64,000 nt of DNA from Anaerolineales bacterium (GCA_050012135.1 JBEKHT010000004.1:13249-77248), one strand, 5' to 3'. Shown: positions 36,796-47,446, counted from the first letter of the stretch. The notes: generated by a model from the letters alone, not told the origin. Made by a program: numbers and translations.

Positions 36796-38239
36796 GGCCA
36801 TGCATTATCACTTGGTTGGAATCGGGGGTTCGGGTCTATCTGCCATTGCCCAGGTCTTGCTGGAGCGCGGCCATCAGGTCAGCGGCTCGGATCAGGTGGC
36901 ATCTCCGTCGCTCCATCGGCTCAAGGAGCTGGGGGCCGCCGTGTCTTTGGGACACTCCGCCGATCACCTGAAGGGAGCCCAAGCGGTCTTGGTTTCTTCG
37001 GCAATTCGGCCGGAGAACCCCGAGGTTGAGGCGGCCCTGCGCGCGGGTCTCCCGGTCTACAAGCGATCGGAGTTCCTGGGAGACTTGACGAGGGGCTTCC
37101 AGACCATTGCGATCTCGGGCACTCACGGCAAGACGACGACCACGGGGCTGATTGCCTATCTGCTGGCCGCGGCCGGACTGGATCCATCCTTTGTCGTGGG
37201 AGGCGCGCTGCAGGATTTCGGAGGCGCCAGCGGCCACGCCGGCCGGGGCCGTTACTTCGTCATTGAGGCCGACGAGTACGATCGCACCTTCTTGGGCTTG
37301 GATCCGGAGATTGGGGTGGTCACCAATGTGGAACACGACCATCCCGACTGCTACCCGAGCCTTACGGAGGTCTTGGCCGCCTTTCATGAGTTCTTGGCGC
37401 GCATTCCGGAAAAGGGATGGGTGGTTCCCTGTGCCGATGCGCCCGGTGCGGTGCGCGCTGCAGCCGGCGTCTCGGCTCATCTCCGCACCTATGGGATTGA
37501 CGCTTCGGGCGCGGACTGGGTGGCCCTTCGCTGGCAACCGCAGGTTGGAGGAGGGAGCCAGTTCCTGGTTGAGCGGAAAGATGCCGGAAGCCGGACCCGG
37601 GTTCTCGGACAGGTCGCCACGCGGCTGCCCGGCCTGCACAACGTGCGCAATTGCCTGGCCGCCCTGTGCGTGTCGGATCTGTGCGAGATCTCTTTTGACA
37701 CCGCCTCGGCCGCGGTCGCAAGGTTCCAGGGAGCCAGACGTCGTTTCGAGGTCCTGGGGGAGACGCAAGGAGTGCTTGTTGTGGACGACTACGCGCACCA
37801 CCCCAGTGAAATCCGCGCGACGCTGGCCGCCGCCCGTCAGCATTATCCCGGGAGGCGGGTCTGGGCCGTTTGGGAGCCTCACACCTTTTCGCGCACCCGT
37901 GCCCTGGAACAGGAATTCGCCGAGTCCTTCGAAAACGCCGACCAGGTGATCGTGCTGCCGATCTTTCGTTCGCGCGAACCGGAGGACCCCGGCTACTCCG
38001 CCCAGGGGATCGCCTCTCGGATTGGCGAGAGGGCGGCCTACTTGGACGGAGTCGAAAGCGCAACCGAGTGGATCACATCCCGTGCCCGCCCCGGGGACCT
38101 GGTGATCACCCTCAGTGCAGGCGAAGGAAACCGGGTCGGTACCCTCTTGATGAATCGTTTGTCGCCTGCAGAAGGCAAACCCTCCCCCGAGTCCGGGAAC
38201 CCGGGAAGGCCGGCCCACCACAGGGGGAGCGTCCCATGA
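36788..38239 (+). CDS. murC: UDP-N-acetylmuramate--L-alanine ligase
   Basis: YHLVGIGGSGLSAIAQVLLERGHQVSGSD and ISGTHGKTTTT are MurC motifs. Confidence 0.92.
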   Translation: MCEAMHYHLVGIGGSGLSAIAQVLLERGHQVSGSDQVASPSLHRLKELGAAVSLGHSADHLKGAQAVLVSSAIRPENPEVEAALRAGLPVYKRSEFLGDLTRGFQTIAISGTHGKTTTTGLIAYLLAAAGLDPSFVVGGALQDFGGASGHAGRGRYFVIEADEYDRTFLGLDPEIGVVTNVEHDHPDCYPSLTEVLAAFHEFLARIPEKGWVVPCADAPGAVRAAAGVSAHLRTYGIDASGADWVALRWQPQVGGGSQFLVERKDAGSRTRVLGQVATRLPGLHNVRNCLAALCVSDLCEISFDTASAAVARFQGARRRFEVLGETQGVLVVDDYAHHPSEIRATLAAARQHYPGRRVWAVWEPHTFSRTRALEQEFAESFENADQVIVLPIFRSREPEDPGYSAQGIASRIGERAAYLDGVESATEWITSRARPGDLVITLSAGEGNRVGTLLMNRLSPAEGKPSPESGNPGRPAHHRGSVP

Positions 38240-39228
38240 CGGTTGCCTCTGCCCCCGAACTGCGGGAGACCTTCGGTCCGCGACTGCGCCTGGATGTGCC
38301 CCTGGCAAGATACACCTCCTGCCGCATCGGGGGAAGTGCGGATGGTCTTGTCGAGGTGAGATCGTCACTGGAGCTTGCCGACGCGGTTCGCAAGCTCTGG
38401 GCCCTGGAGAAGCCCTACCTCATTCTGGGGGCAGGATCGAATGTTCTGGTCTCCGACCGAGGCTGTCGGGCGATCGTTCTGATTAACCGTGCCAAGAAGG
38501 TCGAGTTCGGGGCGGCCGGTGCCGTTCCCCCGTTGGTGCGGTCCGAGTCCGGGGCGGCCATCGGGCTCGTGGCTCGCCAGTGTGTCCAGCGGGGATGGTC
38601 GGGATTGGAGTGGGCGGTGGCTGTGCCCGGGACGGTGGGTGGCGCAATTGTCGGAAATGCCGGGGCATCGGGGGGTGACATCGCGGGATCCTTGTATTTG
38701 GCCGAAATCTTGCAACATCCGGGCTGGGGAAAAGTGAGCAAAGGAGATGGTGGGCCCCCGGACTCCTCCATCGCGCGCTTTTCCCCGGTCGAGCTTGGAT
38801 TTGCGTACCGCTCGAGCCGGCTGAAGCGGGAATGTGGCTGGGGTGTCGTGCTCTGGGCTGAGTTTCGGATGCAGCCAGGAGAGCGCGCAGAGATCCGTCG
38901 ACGGGCTGAGGATTCCGTGGCGCAGCGGAAGAGAACGCAGCCGCCCGGGGCCAGCCTGGGATCGATGTTCAAGAACCCCCCCGGAGGTTTTGCCGGCAGG
39001 CTGATCGAAGAGGCCGGGCTAAAGGGAAAGCGGCTGGGAGGCGTGGAGATCTCCCGAATCCATGCGAATTTCTTTGTGAACCTAGGAGGGGCGAAGGCCG
39101 AGGATGTCCTCCGCCTGATGGAGGAAACCCAAGCCGAGGTCCAGAGAAGGTCCGGAATCGAATTGGAGCCGGAGATCGAGTTTGTCGGCGCTTGGGAACC
39201 CATTCCTTTCAGGGGCCTCCATGGCTAA
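38236..39228 (+). CDS. murB: UDP-N-acetylenolpyruvoylglucosamine reductase
   Basis: LARYTSCRIGGSADGLV...LGAGSNVLV is the FAD-binding MurB N-terminus. The start was trimmed to the ATG in ATGA overlap with the murC stop. Confidence 0.9.
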   Translation: MTVASAPELRETFGPRLRLDVPLARYTSCRIGGSADGLVEVRSSLELADAVRKLWALEKPYLILGAGSNVLVSDRGCRAIVLINRAKKVEFGAAGAVPPLVRSESGAAIGLVARQCVQRGWSGLEWAVAVPGTVGGAIVGNAGASGGDIAGSLYLAEILQHPGWGKVSKGDGGPPDSSIARFSPVELGFAYRSSRLKRECGWGVVLWAEFRMQPGERAEIRRRAEDSVAQRKRTQPPGASLGSMFKNPPGGFAGRLIEEAGLKGKRLGGVEISRIHANFFVNLGGAKAEDVLRLMEETQAEVQRRSGIELEPEIEFVGAWEPIPFRGLHG

Positions 39229-40339
39229 GCTGCGAGTCGCGGTGATCTGCGGCGGGAGATCCGGGGAACATGAAGTCTCGCTGATGTCGGCCCGCTCGAT
39301 CCTTTCCCAGCTGGACCGGACCAAGTATGAAGTGGTCGAAGTCGGCATCACCAAGGAAGGGCAATGGATCGCCGGGTCGGGAATTGTGGGACTCCTCGAA
39401 AAGAAATCCAAGGCCAAACGCGCGACGCTCCTGGCGGAGCCGGGTCCCGCTCGCATCTGGGCCTTCGAGGAAACCCCGGAATCTGGGACGCTGCGACTCG
39501 ATCTGTGGCAGCAAGTCGATGTGGTCTTTCCGGTGTTGCACGGAACGTTCGGTGAGGATGGGACCTTGCAGGGACTCTTGGAGATGGCCGAGGTCCCGTA
39601 TGTGGGGGCGGGGGTCTTAGCCTCTTCCGTCGCGATGGACAAAGGCCTTTTCAAGGACCTGATGCGTGCCCACGCCATCCCACAGCCCGAATATGCCCTC
39701 TGCCTGCGAAGCGAGGTCGAGGCGAACATGAGCGAAGTGATAAGACGCGCGGAGGGGCTGGCTTCCTATCCACTCTTCACCAAGCCAGCCAATCTGGGCT
39801 CCTCCGTGGGAATCACGAAGTGCTCGAGCCGTTCGGACTTGGTGGAAGGCCTGCGGGAGGCGGCCCGCTATGATCGGCGGATCGTGATTGAGCGCGGGGT
39901 GGACGCGAGGGAAATCGAGGCCAGCGTTCTCGGAAACGATGAACTGAGAGCCTCCTTGCCTGGGGAGGTCATCCCCAGCCGGGAGTTCTACTCCTACGAG
40001 GCCAAGTACGTGGACGGGACCTCTCGGCTCCTCATTCCCGCCTCGCTCTCCGAGGAAAAGATTCGAGAGATTCAGGACCTGGCTGTCCAGGCCTGCAAGG
40101 CGATTGATTGTGCCGGCATGGCGCGAGTCGACTTCCTCCTGGAGCGGAAGGGTGAACGCGTCCTGGTAAACGAGGTCAACACCATTCCGGGGTTCACACA
40201 GATCAGCATGTACCCGAAGCTGTGGGAGGCAAGCGGCCTCCCCTATCCAAAGCTCCTGGACAAGTTGATCGAGCTGGCGCTGCAGAGGCAGATCGACAAA
40301 TCCAAGAATGAGCGCTCCTACGAGGTTTCGAGGGGATAG
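39221..40339 (+). CDS. ddl: D-alanine--D-alanine ligase
   Basis: KLRVAVICGGRSGEHEVS and HGTFGEDGTLQGLLE are Ddl motifs with an ATP-grasp C-terminus. The start was trimmed to MAKLRV. Confidence 0.92.
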   Translation: MAKLRVAVICGGRSGEHEVSLMSARSILSQLDRTKYEVVEVGITKEGQWIAGSGIVGLLEKKSKAKRATLLAEPGPARIWAFEETPESGTLRLDLWQQVDVVFPVLHGTFGEDGTLQGLLEMAEVPYVGAGVLASSVAMDKGLFKDLMRAHAIPQPEYALCLRSEVEANMSEVIRRAEGLASYPLFTKPANLGSSVGITKCSSRSDLVEGLREAARYDRRIVIERGVDAREIEASVLGNDELRASLPGEVIPSREFYSYEAKYVDGTSRLLIPASLSEEKIREIQDLAVQACKAIDCAGMARVDFLLERKGERVLVNEVNTIPGFTQISMYPKLWEASGLPYPKLLDKLIELALQRQIDKSKNERSYEVSRG

Positions 40340-40360
40340 GGGGCGGAGCAAGGGAAGGGC

Positions 40361-41275
40361 ATGGGCTTACTCGGATCCAGGCATTTGAATCTGAGCCGTG
40401 CGGACCAGGTCCGACGGCACAGGGCCGCCAAGGCGAGACCGCTCGTCTTGCCCAGCTCAGTTCCCCTGCCGCGCCGGGTGTGGGAACCCAAACGCCGCAA
40501 GGCGGCGCCGCGCGCTAGGCGACGCTATGACATTACCGTCGGACAGCCCAACATCGAGGTCCTGATCCCCTCGATCCCGATCAGTTTCAGCGCGCGCTCG
40601 CTGGCCGTGCTTCTCGTGATGGGATTGGGCGCGTTGTTGCTCTTCCTTTTGACGGCCTCCTCCTTCCAGGCGGGGATTCCGCAGGTTCGCGGCAATACCT
40701 TCGTGCCGTCGGAAGCGATCGCTTCCGCCTCGATGCTGCAGGGGCGGAACGTGTTTTTGCTTTCACCCTCCAAGGTGGCGGCTCAACTGGTGCTCAGCCA
40801 ACCCGGGTTGAAGAATGCGGCGATTTCGGTGCTTTGGCCGAACCGAGTTCAGGTAACGGTTCAGGAACGAGCCCCGATTCTCGACTGGATGCAGGGCGGG
40901 CAAGAGTACTGGGTGGACGCGGAAGGCGTTTTCTTCCCAGTGGCCAAGCCTCTGAGCGGTTTGGTTCGGGTTCAGGTGCCGGAGAACGGCCCCGAGATTC
41001 CGATGGGCGCGAAACCTGCCGTCTCCCCGGAGGTGGTTCAGGGTGCACTTCAATTGATGGTTGCCCTGCCGCAAGCAGGACATGTCGTCTACGATCAGCA
41101 GAGAGGCCTGGGCATCACCGATCCCCGTGGTTGGCCCGTTTATTTCGGCGACGCAACCGATCTGGTGGCCAAGGCCGACCTGTATCAGCGGGTGGTGAGC
41201 GACCTCCTTTCCAAGGGAATTCGGCCCAAGCTGGTGAGCGTGGAGAATCCCGGCCAGCCTTACTACCAGCCTTAG
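40361..41275 (+). CDS. ftsQ: cell division protein FtsQ (POTRA domain)
   Basis: Basic N-terminal tail, one TM, then a POTRA-like segment (VRGNTFVPSEAIASASMLQGRNVFLL). It sits between ddl and ftsA. Confidence 0.8.
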   Translation: MGLLGSRHLNLSRADQVRRHRAAKARPLVLPSSVPLPRRVWEPKRRKAAPRARRRYDITVGQPNIEVLIPSIPISFSARSLAVLLVMGLGALLLFLLTASSFQAGIPQVRGNTFVPSEAIASASMLQGRNVFLLSPSKVAAQLVLSQPGLKNAAISVLWPNRVQVTVQERAPILDWMQGGQEYWVDAEGVFFPVAKPLSGLVRVQVPENGPEIPMGAKPAVSPEVVQGALQLMVALPQAGHVVYDQQRGLGITDPRGWPVYFGDATDLVAKADLYQRVVSDLLSKGIRPKLVSVENPGQPYYQP

Positions 41276-41300
41276 GGTCGCGGTGGGCACAGGGTAAAGC

Positions 41301-42545
41301 ATGACAGCAAACCTCTACACAGGCATCGATGTCGGAACTACGAAGATCTGCACCCTGATTGCCCAGGAAGTCGGGGAGGGCATTCCGCAAATCATCGGGG
41401 TCGGGATCGAGCCGTCCCGTGGCCTTCGCAAAGGGGTGGTGGTCAATGTGGAGGAAGCCGCGCGGGCCATCGCCGCCTCGGTAGAAAAGGCCCAGCGCAC
41501 GGCGGGGTATGAGATCGCCTCCGCCGTCGTCAGCCTGGCCGGAGCGCAGGTTTCCTCAATTAACAGTCGCGGGGTCGTGGGGGTGGCGGGAGACGTGATC
41601 ATGAGCGAAGACGTGGAAAGAGCCAACGAAGCCGCACGGGCTATCGCCGTGCCTTACGACCGCCAGGTTGTCCATGTTCTTCCGCGAGGCTACGTGGTAG
41701 ATGGGCAGGAGGGGATCCGCAGCCCGGTGGGCATGCACGGCTTCCGTCTCGAGGTCGAGACTCACATCATCACGGCGGCCACGACGGCATTGCAGAACCT
41801 GGCACAGTGTGTGCAGGCCTGCGGCGTCGAGGTGGAGGGATTTGTCCTGAACCCGCTCGCTTCGGCGGAGGCCGTCCTGCGCGACACAGAGCGGGATATG
41901 GGCGTGGGGGTCTGCGACATCGGCGGGGGGACCACCGACCTGGCCCTGTTCCACGAGGGCACGGTCAGCCACACCGCCGTATTGCCGGTCGGTGGGAACC
42001 ACGTGACCGCGGACATCGCGCACGGATTGCGCATGCCCAATGAAGTCGCGGAAACGATCAAGCTGACCCACGGGCACAGTGTTCCGAGCGAAATCCAGGC
42101 TGGCGAGAGTTTCCTCGTCCGGCCGTTCGGAGAAGAGGCGCCGGTTGAGGTCCAGCGTGCGGATTTGGTGGCCATCATCCAGGCCCGCATGGAAGAGATC
42201 TTTTCGCTGGTGCTCCAAGAAATCGAGAGAGTAGGAGCGTTGAACTTCTTGCCCGCCGGGATTGTCCTGACCGGGGGAGGCAGTCGCCTTGCGGGCGTCC
42301 GGCGGTTGGCCAGCGAAGTCCTCAGCCTCCCGGTGCGGGTGGCCGGGCCCTCTGAACTTCGCGGCTTGGTGGACCAGCTCAATAGCCCGGCCTTCTCCAC
42401 CAGTGTTGGGCTTCTACTTTGGCTGCAAAACGAGACCCGCACCGAGGTTAGCCCTCAGCCGCAAGCCAGGCGTCGTTCGCATCGCGCGGGACCCTCGCTC
42501 GACTGGGGCAAAGTGCGCGAGTTCCTGAGGCGTCTTGCGCCCTGA
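41301..42545 (+). CDS. ftsA: cell division protein FtsA
   Basis: GIDVGTTKICTLIA, CDIGGGTTDLALF and VLTGGGS are actin-like ATPase motifs. Confidence 0.93.
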   Translation: MTANLYTGIDVGTTKICTLIAQEVGEGIPQIIGVGIEPSRGLRKGVVVNVEEAARAIAASVEKAQRTAGYEIASAVVSLAGAQVSSINSRGVVGVAGDVIMSEDVERANEAARAIAVPYDRQVVHVLPRGYVVDGQEGIRSPVGMHGFRLEVETHIITAATTALQNLAQCVQACGVEVEGFVLNPLASAEAVLRDTERDMGVGVCDIGGGTTDLALFHEGTVSHTAVLPVGGNHVTADIAHGLRMPNEVAETIKLTHGHSVPSEIQAGESFLVRPFGEEAPVEVQRADLVAIIQARMEEIFSLVLQEIERVGALNFLPAGIVLTGGGSRLAGVRRLASEVLSLPVRVAGPSELRGLVDQLNSPAFSTSVGLLLWLQNETRTEVSPQPQARRRSHRAGPSLDWGKVREFLRRLAP

Positions 42546-42629
42546 GCCAGGACTAACGACCGGAGAGGATGGTCACCGATGGATCACCAGCGTCGTCCCA
42601 ACTGTCCAAAACCGACAAGAGGAGGAGCC

Positions 42630-43772
42630 GTGAATTCTGTTCAGCAGGTCGAAACCTTCGCACGAATCAAAGTGGTGGGGGTGGGGGGCGGCGGCCAGAA
42701 CGCCGTCAATCGGATGCTGGCCGAAGGGCTGTCGGGAATCGAGTTCATCTCCGTCAACACGGATGCCCAGGCCCTTCTGCTCGCCAACGCCCCCACTCGG
42801 GTGAGGATCGGTGAGAAGAGCACGCGCGGTCTGGGCGCGGGGGGTAATCCCGAGGTGGGCCGCAAAGCGGCCGAGGAGTCCGCCGAAGAACTTTACGAGG
42901 TGATCAAGGGGGCGGACATGGTGTTCATCACCGGGGGCATGGGAGGCGGCACCGGGACGGGCGCTGCTCCCATCGTCGCTCAGATCGCCAAAGAGGTTGG
43001 GGCCCTCACCATCGGCGTGGTCACCCGTCCGTTCACCTTTGAAGGAACCCGGCGAGCCCAGACAGCGGAAAGCGGGATTGGCAAGCTCAAGGAACATGTC
43101 GACACCCTGATTGTGATCCCCAATGACCGCCTGCTCCAGCTCGTCGAGAAGAAGGCCAGTTTGCAAGACTCCTTCCGCTTGGCCGATGATGTGCTCCGCC
43201 AGGGGATCCAGGGGATTTCCGAGCTAATCACCGTCCCGGGCCTGATTAACCTCGATTTCGCCGATGTCCGAGCCATCATGTCCGAGGGCGGAGCCGCCCT
43301 GATGGCGGTGGGCCGTGCCTCGGGCGACGATCGGGCGCGCAAGGCGGCCGAGCAAGCCATCTCCAGCCAGCTGCTGGACATCACCATCGATGGCGCGCGG
43401 GGGATTCTCTTCAATGTCACCGGAGGATCGGACCTGAGCCTGTTCGAGGTGAATGAGGCCGCCGCGATCATCAAGGAAACGGCCCATCCGGATGTCAACT
43501 TGATCTTCGGGGCCGTGATCGACCCGGACCTGGCAGACGAGGTGCGGATCACGGTGATTGCCACTGGCTTTGAGCGAAGCGCGATGCCACGCCGACTGGA
43601 GCGGGCAGCCCCGCGTTCGGCGGTCGCCCGAATGGGACAAGCATCCAACCTGGCCAGGATTGAGGGGAAAGAGGTGCGCATGGCTCCCGTTCCCGAGCCG
43701 GTCCTGCGGCCTCAGGCGGTTTCGGTGGAGGACTTGGACGTCCCGGCCTTCCTGCGACGGGGCAGGTCCTAG
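42630..43772 (+). CDS. ftsZ: cell division GTPase FtsZ
   Basis: [17 protein letters not shown] and the tubulin signature [13 protein letters not shown] are present. The start was set at GTG 42630 behind GAGGAGGAG. Confidence 0.95.
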   Translation: MNSVQQVETFARIKVVGVGGGGQNAVNRMLAEGLSGIEFISVNTDAQALLLANAPTRVRIGEKSTRGLGAGGNPEVGRKAAEESAEELYEVIKGADMVFITGGMGGGTGTGAAPIVAQIAKEVGALTIGVVTRPFTFEGTRRAQTAESGIGKLKEHVDTLIVIPNDRLLQLVEKKASLQDSFRLADDVLRQGIQGISELITVPGLINLDFADVRAIMSEGGAALMAVGRASGDDRARKAAEQAISSQLLDITIDGARGILFNVTGGSDLSLFEVNEAAAIIKETAHPDVNLIFGAVIDPDLADEVRITVIATGFERSAMPRRLERAAPRSAVARMGQASNLARIEGKEVRMAPVPEPVLRPQAVSVEDLDVPAFLRRGRS

Positions 43773-43957
43773 GCGAGGGGAATCCAGCTCCTTGCCAGGG
43801 AATCGGCGGCGAAGCGAATGGGTCCTGCGCTCCGTGATGCGGTTAGAAAGGTGAAGGAAGAGCATCGGCTCAGGCTGACCTCTCCTCCTCTGGGCCCTGA
43901 GTCCCTGCCTTCCGTTCACAGACGACTCTGAGCCTCCTCTCGCTCAGGGGTGTCGCG

Positions 43958-44001
43958 GCCGTCCTCTCCAGCGCGCACGGATTTGCGCTGGAGAGGACGG
44001 C
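43958..44001 (+). terminator. 17-bp perfect hairpin downstream of ftsZ (probable dcw operon terminator)
   Basis: GCCGTCCTCTCCAGCGC, a 10-nt loop, then GCGCTGGAGAGGACGGC followed by TTT. Confidence 0.45.
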
Positions 44002-44121
44002 TTTAAGGGAGGGAGCGGAAGCCGCCAAGAGGCTCTGGCCAGGAACCCTTGCCCCTCCCGGGAGGCGAGCAGCAGGGGGAGGCGGCAGGGAAGCGGTTAC
44101 AATGAGCCCGGAGAATCTCAG

Positions 44122-45519
44122 TTGATTGAGCAACTTCGGCAGTGGATCGCGGCCAACCAAGCTCTGATCTACTTTGTCTATGGCCAAGTCTTTTTTGTCC
44201 TGGGCCTGGGAATCGCTTTGCAGTCGCGCAGGCACTCACGCCTGCAACTTGCCAAGTCCCTCCCCTGGCTCGCGACCTTTGGCATCAGCCACGGAATGAA
44301 TGAGTGGGGCAGCTTATTCATCCCGATCCAGAGCCCTTTTCTTACGCCGGCCGCGGTGGTGGGGTTGCAGGCGTTCCAGCTGGTGCTGATCGTGGTCTCC
44401 TTCTTCGCCCTATTCCAATTTGGAATTGACTTGTTGCGCCCCTTTCCGCAGGGGCGAGGCTGGCTGGCCGGGGTGCCCATGGGTTTTCTGGTCCTGTGGG
44501 CGGCTCTGTCCTTTGGGCTCGGGTCCCGTTTTGCGCACGACCCCAGCGGCTGGCATGCGGTGGGGGAGGCTCTCTCGCGGTACTTGCTCGGTTTTCCGGG
44601 AGCGATGTTGGCCGCGTTCGGGCTGCGGCGTCAGGCGAACCTGCGGATTCAACCCCTGCAGTTGCCTCGTATTTATCGCACCTTGCAGATTGCGGGATGG
44701 GCGCTGGTTGCCTACGGTTTTTTTGGGGGCCTGGTCGCCTCCCCCGCTCCGTTCTTCCCGGCCAGTGTATTGAACTCGACGCTTTTCTCTCAGGTGCTGG
44801 TTGCGCCGCCCCCCGTGTTCCGCTCTTTGGCTGGCCTGATCCTGACCGTGGCCATGATCCGGGCTCTCGAGGTTTTCCAAGTGGAAACCGATCGCCTGAT
44901 CGAACGCATGGAACAGGGAGAGGTTGCAGCGGTCGAGCGGGAGAGGATCGGTCGCGACCTTCACGATGGTGCCCTTCAGCGTGTGTATGCCGCCGGGCTC
45001 CTGGCGCAATCCCTGCGGCGGACGGCCCAAGGTGAGCTCGCGACGAGGCTGGACGACCTGGTTTCCACGCTCAGCCAAACCATCGCGGAATTGAGGGGGT
45101 TTCTGGGCGAAGTGCGCCCGGTCGAGCGCACCGGCGATCTGGTCGGCTCGCTGGAAGTGATCATCGCCGAGGCCCGACGCGCCTCGGGTGCCGAGGTGCG
45201 CTGGAAGTATCGGGGCAAGCCACGGCTCACTCCAGATCGAATTGCCCACTTGATTGCATTTGGGAAGGAAGCACTCTCCAACGCGGCACGACACGCGCAT
45301 GCCACCTTGATCGAAGTGGATCTGGAGGTCAGCCAGGGCGAACTTCGTCTCAGCGTTCAGGATGATGGCGGTGGGTTGCCGGGTACTTTGAGGGAGGGCT
45401 TTGGGCTTCGGAACATGCGCGACCGGGCTCGGCTCTTGGGAGGGGACTTGGCGATCCGCCCCGGCCAAACCAAGGGAACGGTGGTGACGCTCGAGATCCC
45501 TCTGGAGCCAGAGGCGTGA
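44122..45519 (+). CDS. sensor histidine kinase (HisKA_3/NarL-partner type) with multi-TM N-terminal domain
   Basis: About 6-7 TMs, then the H-box ERERIGRDLHDGALQRV and an HATPase C-terminus (DDGGGLP, GFGLRNMRDRA). Confidence 0.85.
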   Translation: MIEQLRQWIAANQALIYFVYGQVFFVLGLGIALQSRRHSRLQLAKSLPWLATFGISHGMNEWGSLFIPIQSPFLTPAAVVGLQAFQLVLIVVSFFALFQFGIDLLRPFPQGRGWLAGVPMGFLVLWAALSFGLGSRFAHDPSGWHAVGEALSRYLLGFPGAMLAAFGLRRQANLRIQPLQLPRIYRTLQIAGWALVAYGFFGGLVASPAPFFPASVLNSTLFSQVLVAPPPVFRSLAGLILTVAMIRALEVFQVETDRLIERMEQGEVAAVERERIGRDLHDGALQRVYAAGLLAQSLRRTAQGELATRLDDLVSTLSQTIAELRGFLGEVRPVERTGDLVGSLEVIIAEARRASGAEVRWKYRGKPRLTPDRIAHLIAFGKEALSNAARHAHATLIEVDLEVSQGELRLSVQDDGGGLPGTLREGFGLRNMRDRARLLGGDLAIRPGQTKGTVVTLEIPLEPEA

Positions 45520-46178
45520 GCGCTATTCGGCTGGTCATAGTGGATGACCACCAGGTCGTGCGCATGGGGCTGAAGGCTCTTCTGGCAGCCGAAGCGGACT
45601 TCCAGATCGTGGCCGAGGCGGGGAATGCCAGAGAGGCATTGCTCGAAGTTGAGCGCAACCGCCCCGATGTGGCCATCCTGGACGTGCGCCTGCCCGGACC
45701 CAGTGGTCTCGAGGTCTGCCGGCAGATTCGTGAACGCTACCCCTTGACCCGCGTGGTCATGCTCACTTCGTATGCGAATGAAGCATTCATCTTCGAAGCG
45801 CTGCGGGCGGGGGCCTCAGGGTATATCCTCAAGCAGGTGGGCGGGGATGAGTTGGTTCGGGCGATCCGGGCGGCTGCCCGAGGCGAAATGGCCATGGACC
45901 CGCAGGTGACCGTCCGCATGGCGGAGCGCCTCAAGGAATTGGAGAAGCTCGAGGAAGGAAACGCCTTCCGCAACCTGAGCGAGCGGGAGGTGCAAGTGCT
46001 CGCGCAGGTGGCCAAGGGCAAGAGCAACCGCCAGATCGGGACCGAGTTGGGCCTCAGCGGGGTTACCGTCCGCAACTACGTGAGCACGATGTTGGAGAAG
46101 CTTGACCTGCGCAACCGCGTGGAGCTGGCCACCTTCGCCATTCAGAATCGGATTTTCGAAAGACACAGTTCGGATTAG
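45516..46178 (+). CDS. response regulator, NarL/LuxR family
   Basis: The receiver domain (IRLVIVDDHQVVR...DVAILDVRLPG) is followed by a LuxR HTH (LSEREVQVLAQVAKGKSNRQIGTELGLSGVTVRNYV). Confidence 0.9.
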   Translation: MSAIRLVIVDDHQVVRMGLKALLAAEADFQIVAEAGNAREALLEVERNRPDVAILDVRLPGPSGLEVCRQIRERYPLTRVVMLTSYANEAFIFEALRAGASGYILKQVGGDELVRAIRAAARGEMAMDPQVTVRMAERLKELEKLEEGNAFRNLSEREVQVLAQVAKGKSNRQIGTELGLSGVTVRNYVSTMLEKLDLRNRVELATFAIQNRIFERHSSD

Positions 46179-46194
46179 TCCTCAGGGAAAACGA

Positions 46195-46230
46195 GGGAGG
46201 GCAGCTGCCTGAAGGGGCGGCTGCCCTCCC
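46195..46230. terminator. 15-bp hairpin between convergent genes (bidirectional terminator candidate)
   Basis: GGGAGGGCAGCTGCC-TGAAGG-GGCGGCTGCCCTCCC with one T-G wobble. It lies between the response regulator and DoxX-like copy 1. Confidence 0.5.
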
Positions 46231-46270
46231 TGATTCTCTGATTCTCTAGGATTCTCTTTGACCGGACGGA

Positions 46271-46882
46271 TCAGTTGCCGTGAGCTGCAGCGGGCTGGGC
46301 CTTATTGGTGGTCCGTGCCCGTTCCTTGGCGGTTCCCGTCGGCCACCAGGGGGTCCCGATCAACCGGATGATGAAGTAGTCCGCGCCGAGGTATCCGGAC
46401 ACCTTCCACGCGATGAGGAGGAGGAAACCCAGTACCAGAAGGAGAGCATTGGTGCTGGCGGTCCCAGCCATGATGTAGTTCCAGTTCATGAACGCGCCGA
46501 AGAAGCCAGCGAGTCCCGTGAAAACTCCCAGGATCAACGCGACGCCAACCAGGACTTCCCCCACCGACACCACTTTGGCAAACCAGGTGTACGACTGGGT
46601 GCTAATCAGCATCTGAATGAAGGTGCGGTACCAGGCGAAGGCGATGGGAGCCTTGCCGCTAGCGGGGACTGCAACCGCACCCGTGAAGAAGCCCTTCAGA
46701 GCAGCGCCGGTTTGCATCCAGGCTGGATTGCCGATCTTTTCAATTCCTGCGCTTAGCCACTGGTACCCCACCCAAATGCGGACCGGAAGCCAAAGCCAAG
46801 CCGCCCGGGTGTCATTGAAAAGCCAGGAAATCAGGGGCGGATCCTGGATAAGTTCACCCTTGCGTGAGATTGCCGTTGCCAT
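46271..46882 (-). CDS. DoxX-like integral membrane protein (copy 1)
   Basis: 203 aa with 4 TMs. The pattern LWLPVRIWVGYQWLSAGIEK...FGAFMNWNYIMAG resembles the DoxX/DoxD family. The start was trimmed to the ATG behind GAGGGAGGAAAAG. Confidence 0.7.
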   Translation of the reverse strand: MATAISRKGELIQDPPLISWLFNDTRAAWLWLPVRIWVGYQWLSAGIEKIGNPAWMQTGAALKGFFTGAVAVPASGKAPIAFAWYRTFIQMLISTQSYTWFAKVVSVGEVLVGVALILGVFTGLAGFFGAFMNWNYIMAGTASTNALLLVLGFLLLIAWKVSGYLGADYFIIRLIGTPWWPTGTAKERARTTNKAQPAAAHGN

Positions 46883-47104
46883 CTTTTCCTCCCTCTTGAC
46901 AAACCCTCGTAGATTTCTTTGACCCAATTTCACCGTTAGATTACTACCTGAGCACTCGAAAGGGCAGGGGCCTTCAACCCACTCTGGTTAGGTGCGGTTG
47001 TACCTTGTTGGGCGGGAGAAGGCCAGGGAGGAGAAGAAAAGGCAGTAGTTTGCAGGATTGCAGCAGAAAACTTCGCATAGAGGCGATGCGGTCATGGCCC
47101 TGAG

Positions 47105-47446
47105 TAGAAGAATGTCGAACAGTTCATCCCCCCGAATCCGGTTGAGCGTGCGGAAGTCCGGCCAGCTGTTCCCGCTCAGCCACATTGAAGTTCACGGTCT
47201 CCCGCACGCCTTGGCTATCTGGCGCGACGAGTGCACCCGCTGCTTGTACCCGTACACCAGCACTTTCAGCATCATCATCGGGTGGTAGCTGCTCTTCGCG
47301 CCCTCCTTGTGGCCCCGTGGCAACAGCCGCATATCCACCCGCTCAATTGCTGCTTCCACCACTCGCACCACGCGCTTCTTCGGAATCAGCTCGGCCAAGT
47401 CCGTCGGCATCTGCAGCTGCCCTTGGACGCATGGCTTGAACACCAC
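47105..47446 (-). pseudogene. N-terminal fragment of an IS1182/IS5-type transposase (frameshifted, truncated)
   Basis: ...SYHPMMMLKVLVYGYKQRVHSSRQIAKACGRP, then in another frame NFMWLSGNSWPDFRTLNRIRGDELFDIL. This is the typical DUF772-type transposase N-terminus, and no DDE domain follows. Confidence 0.6.

Noticed and set aside
36836-38368. 510-aa minus-strand ORF
   Set aside because: It is antisense to murC. It is a shadow ORF.
46232-46257. Checked the window for CRISPR-like arrays (short direct repeats with unique spacers)
   Set aside because: Only this trinomial 8-mer and the MraZ-box array were found. Neither has CRISPR repeat length or spacer organisation, and there are no cas genes.
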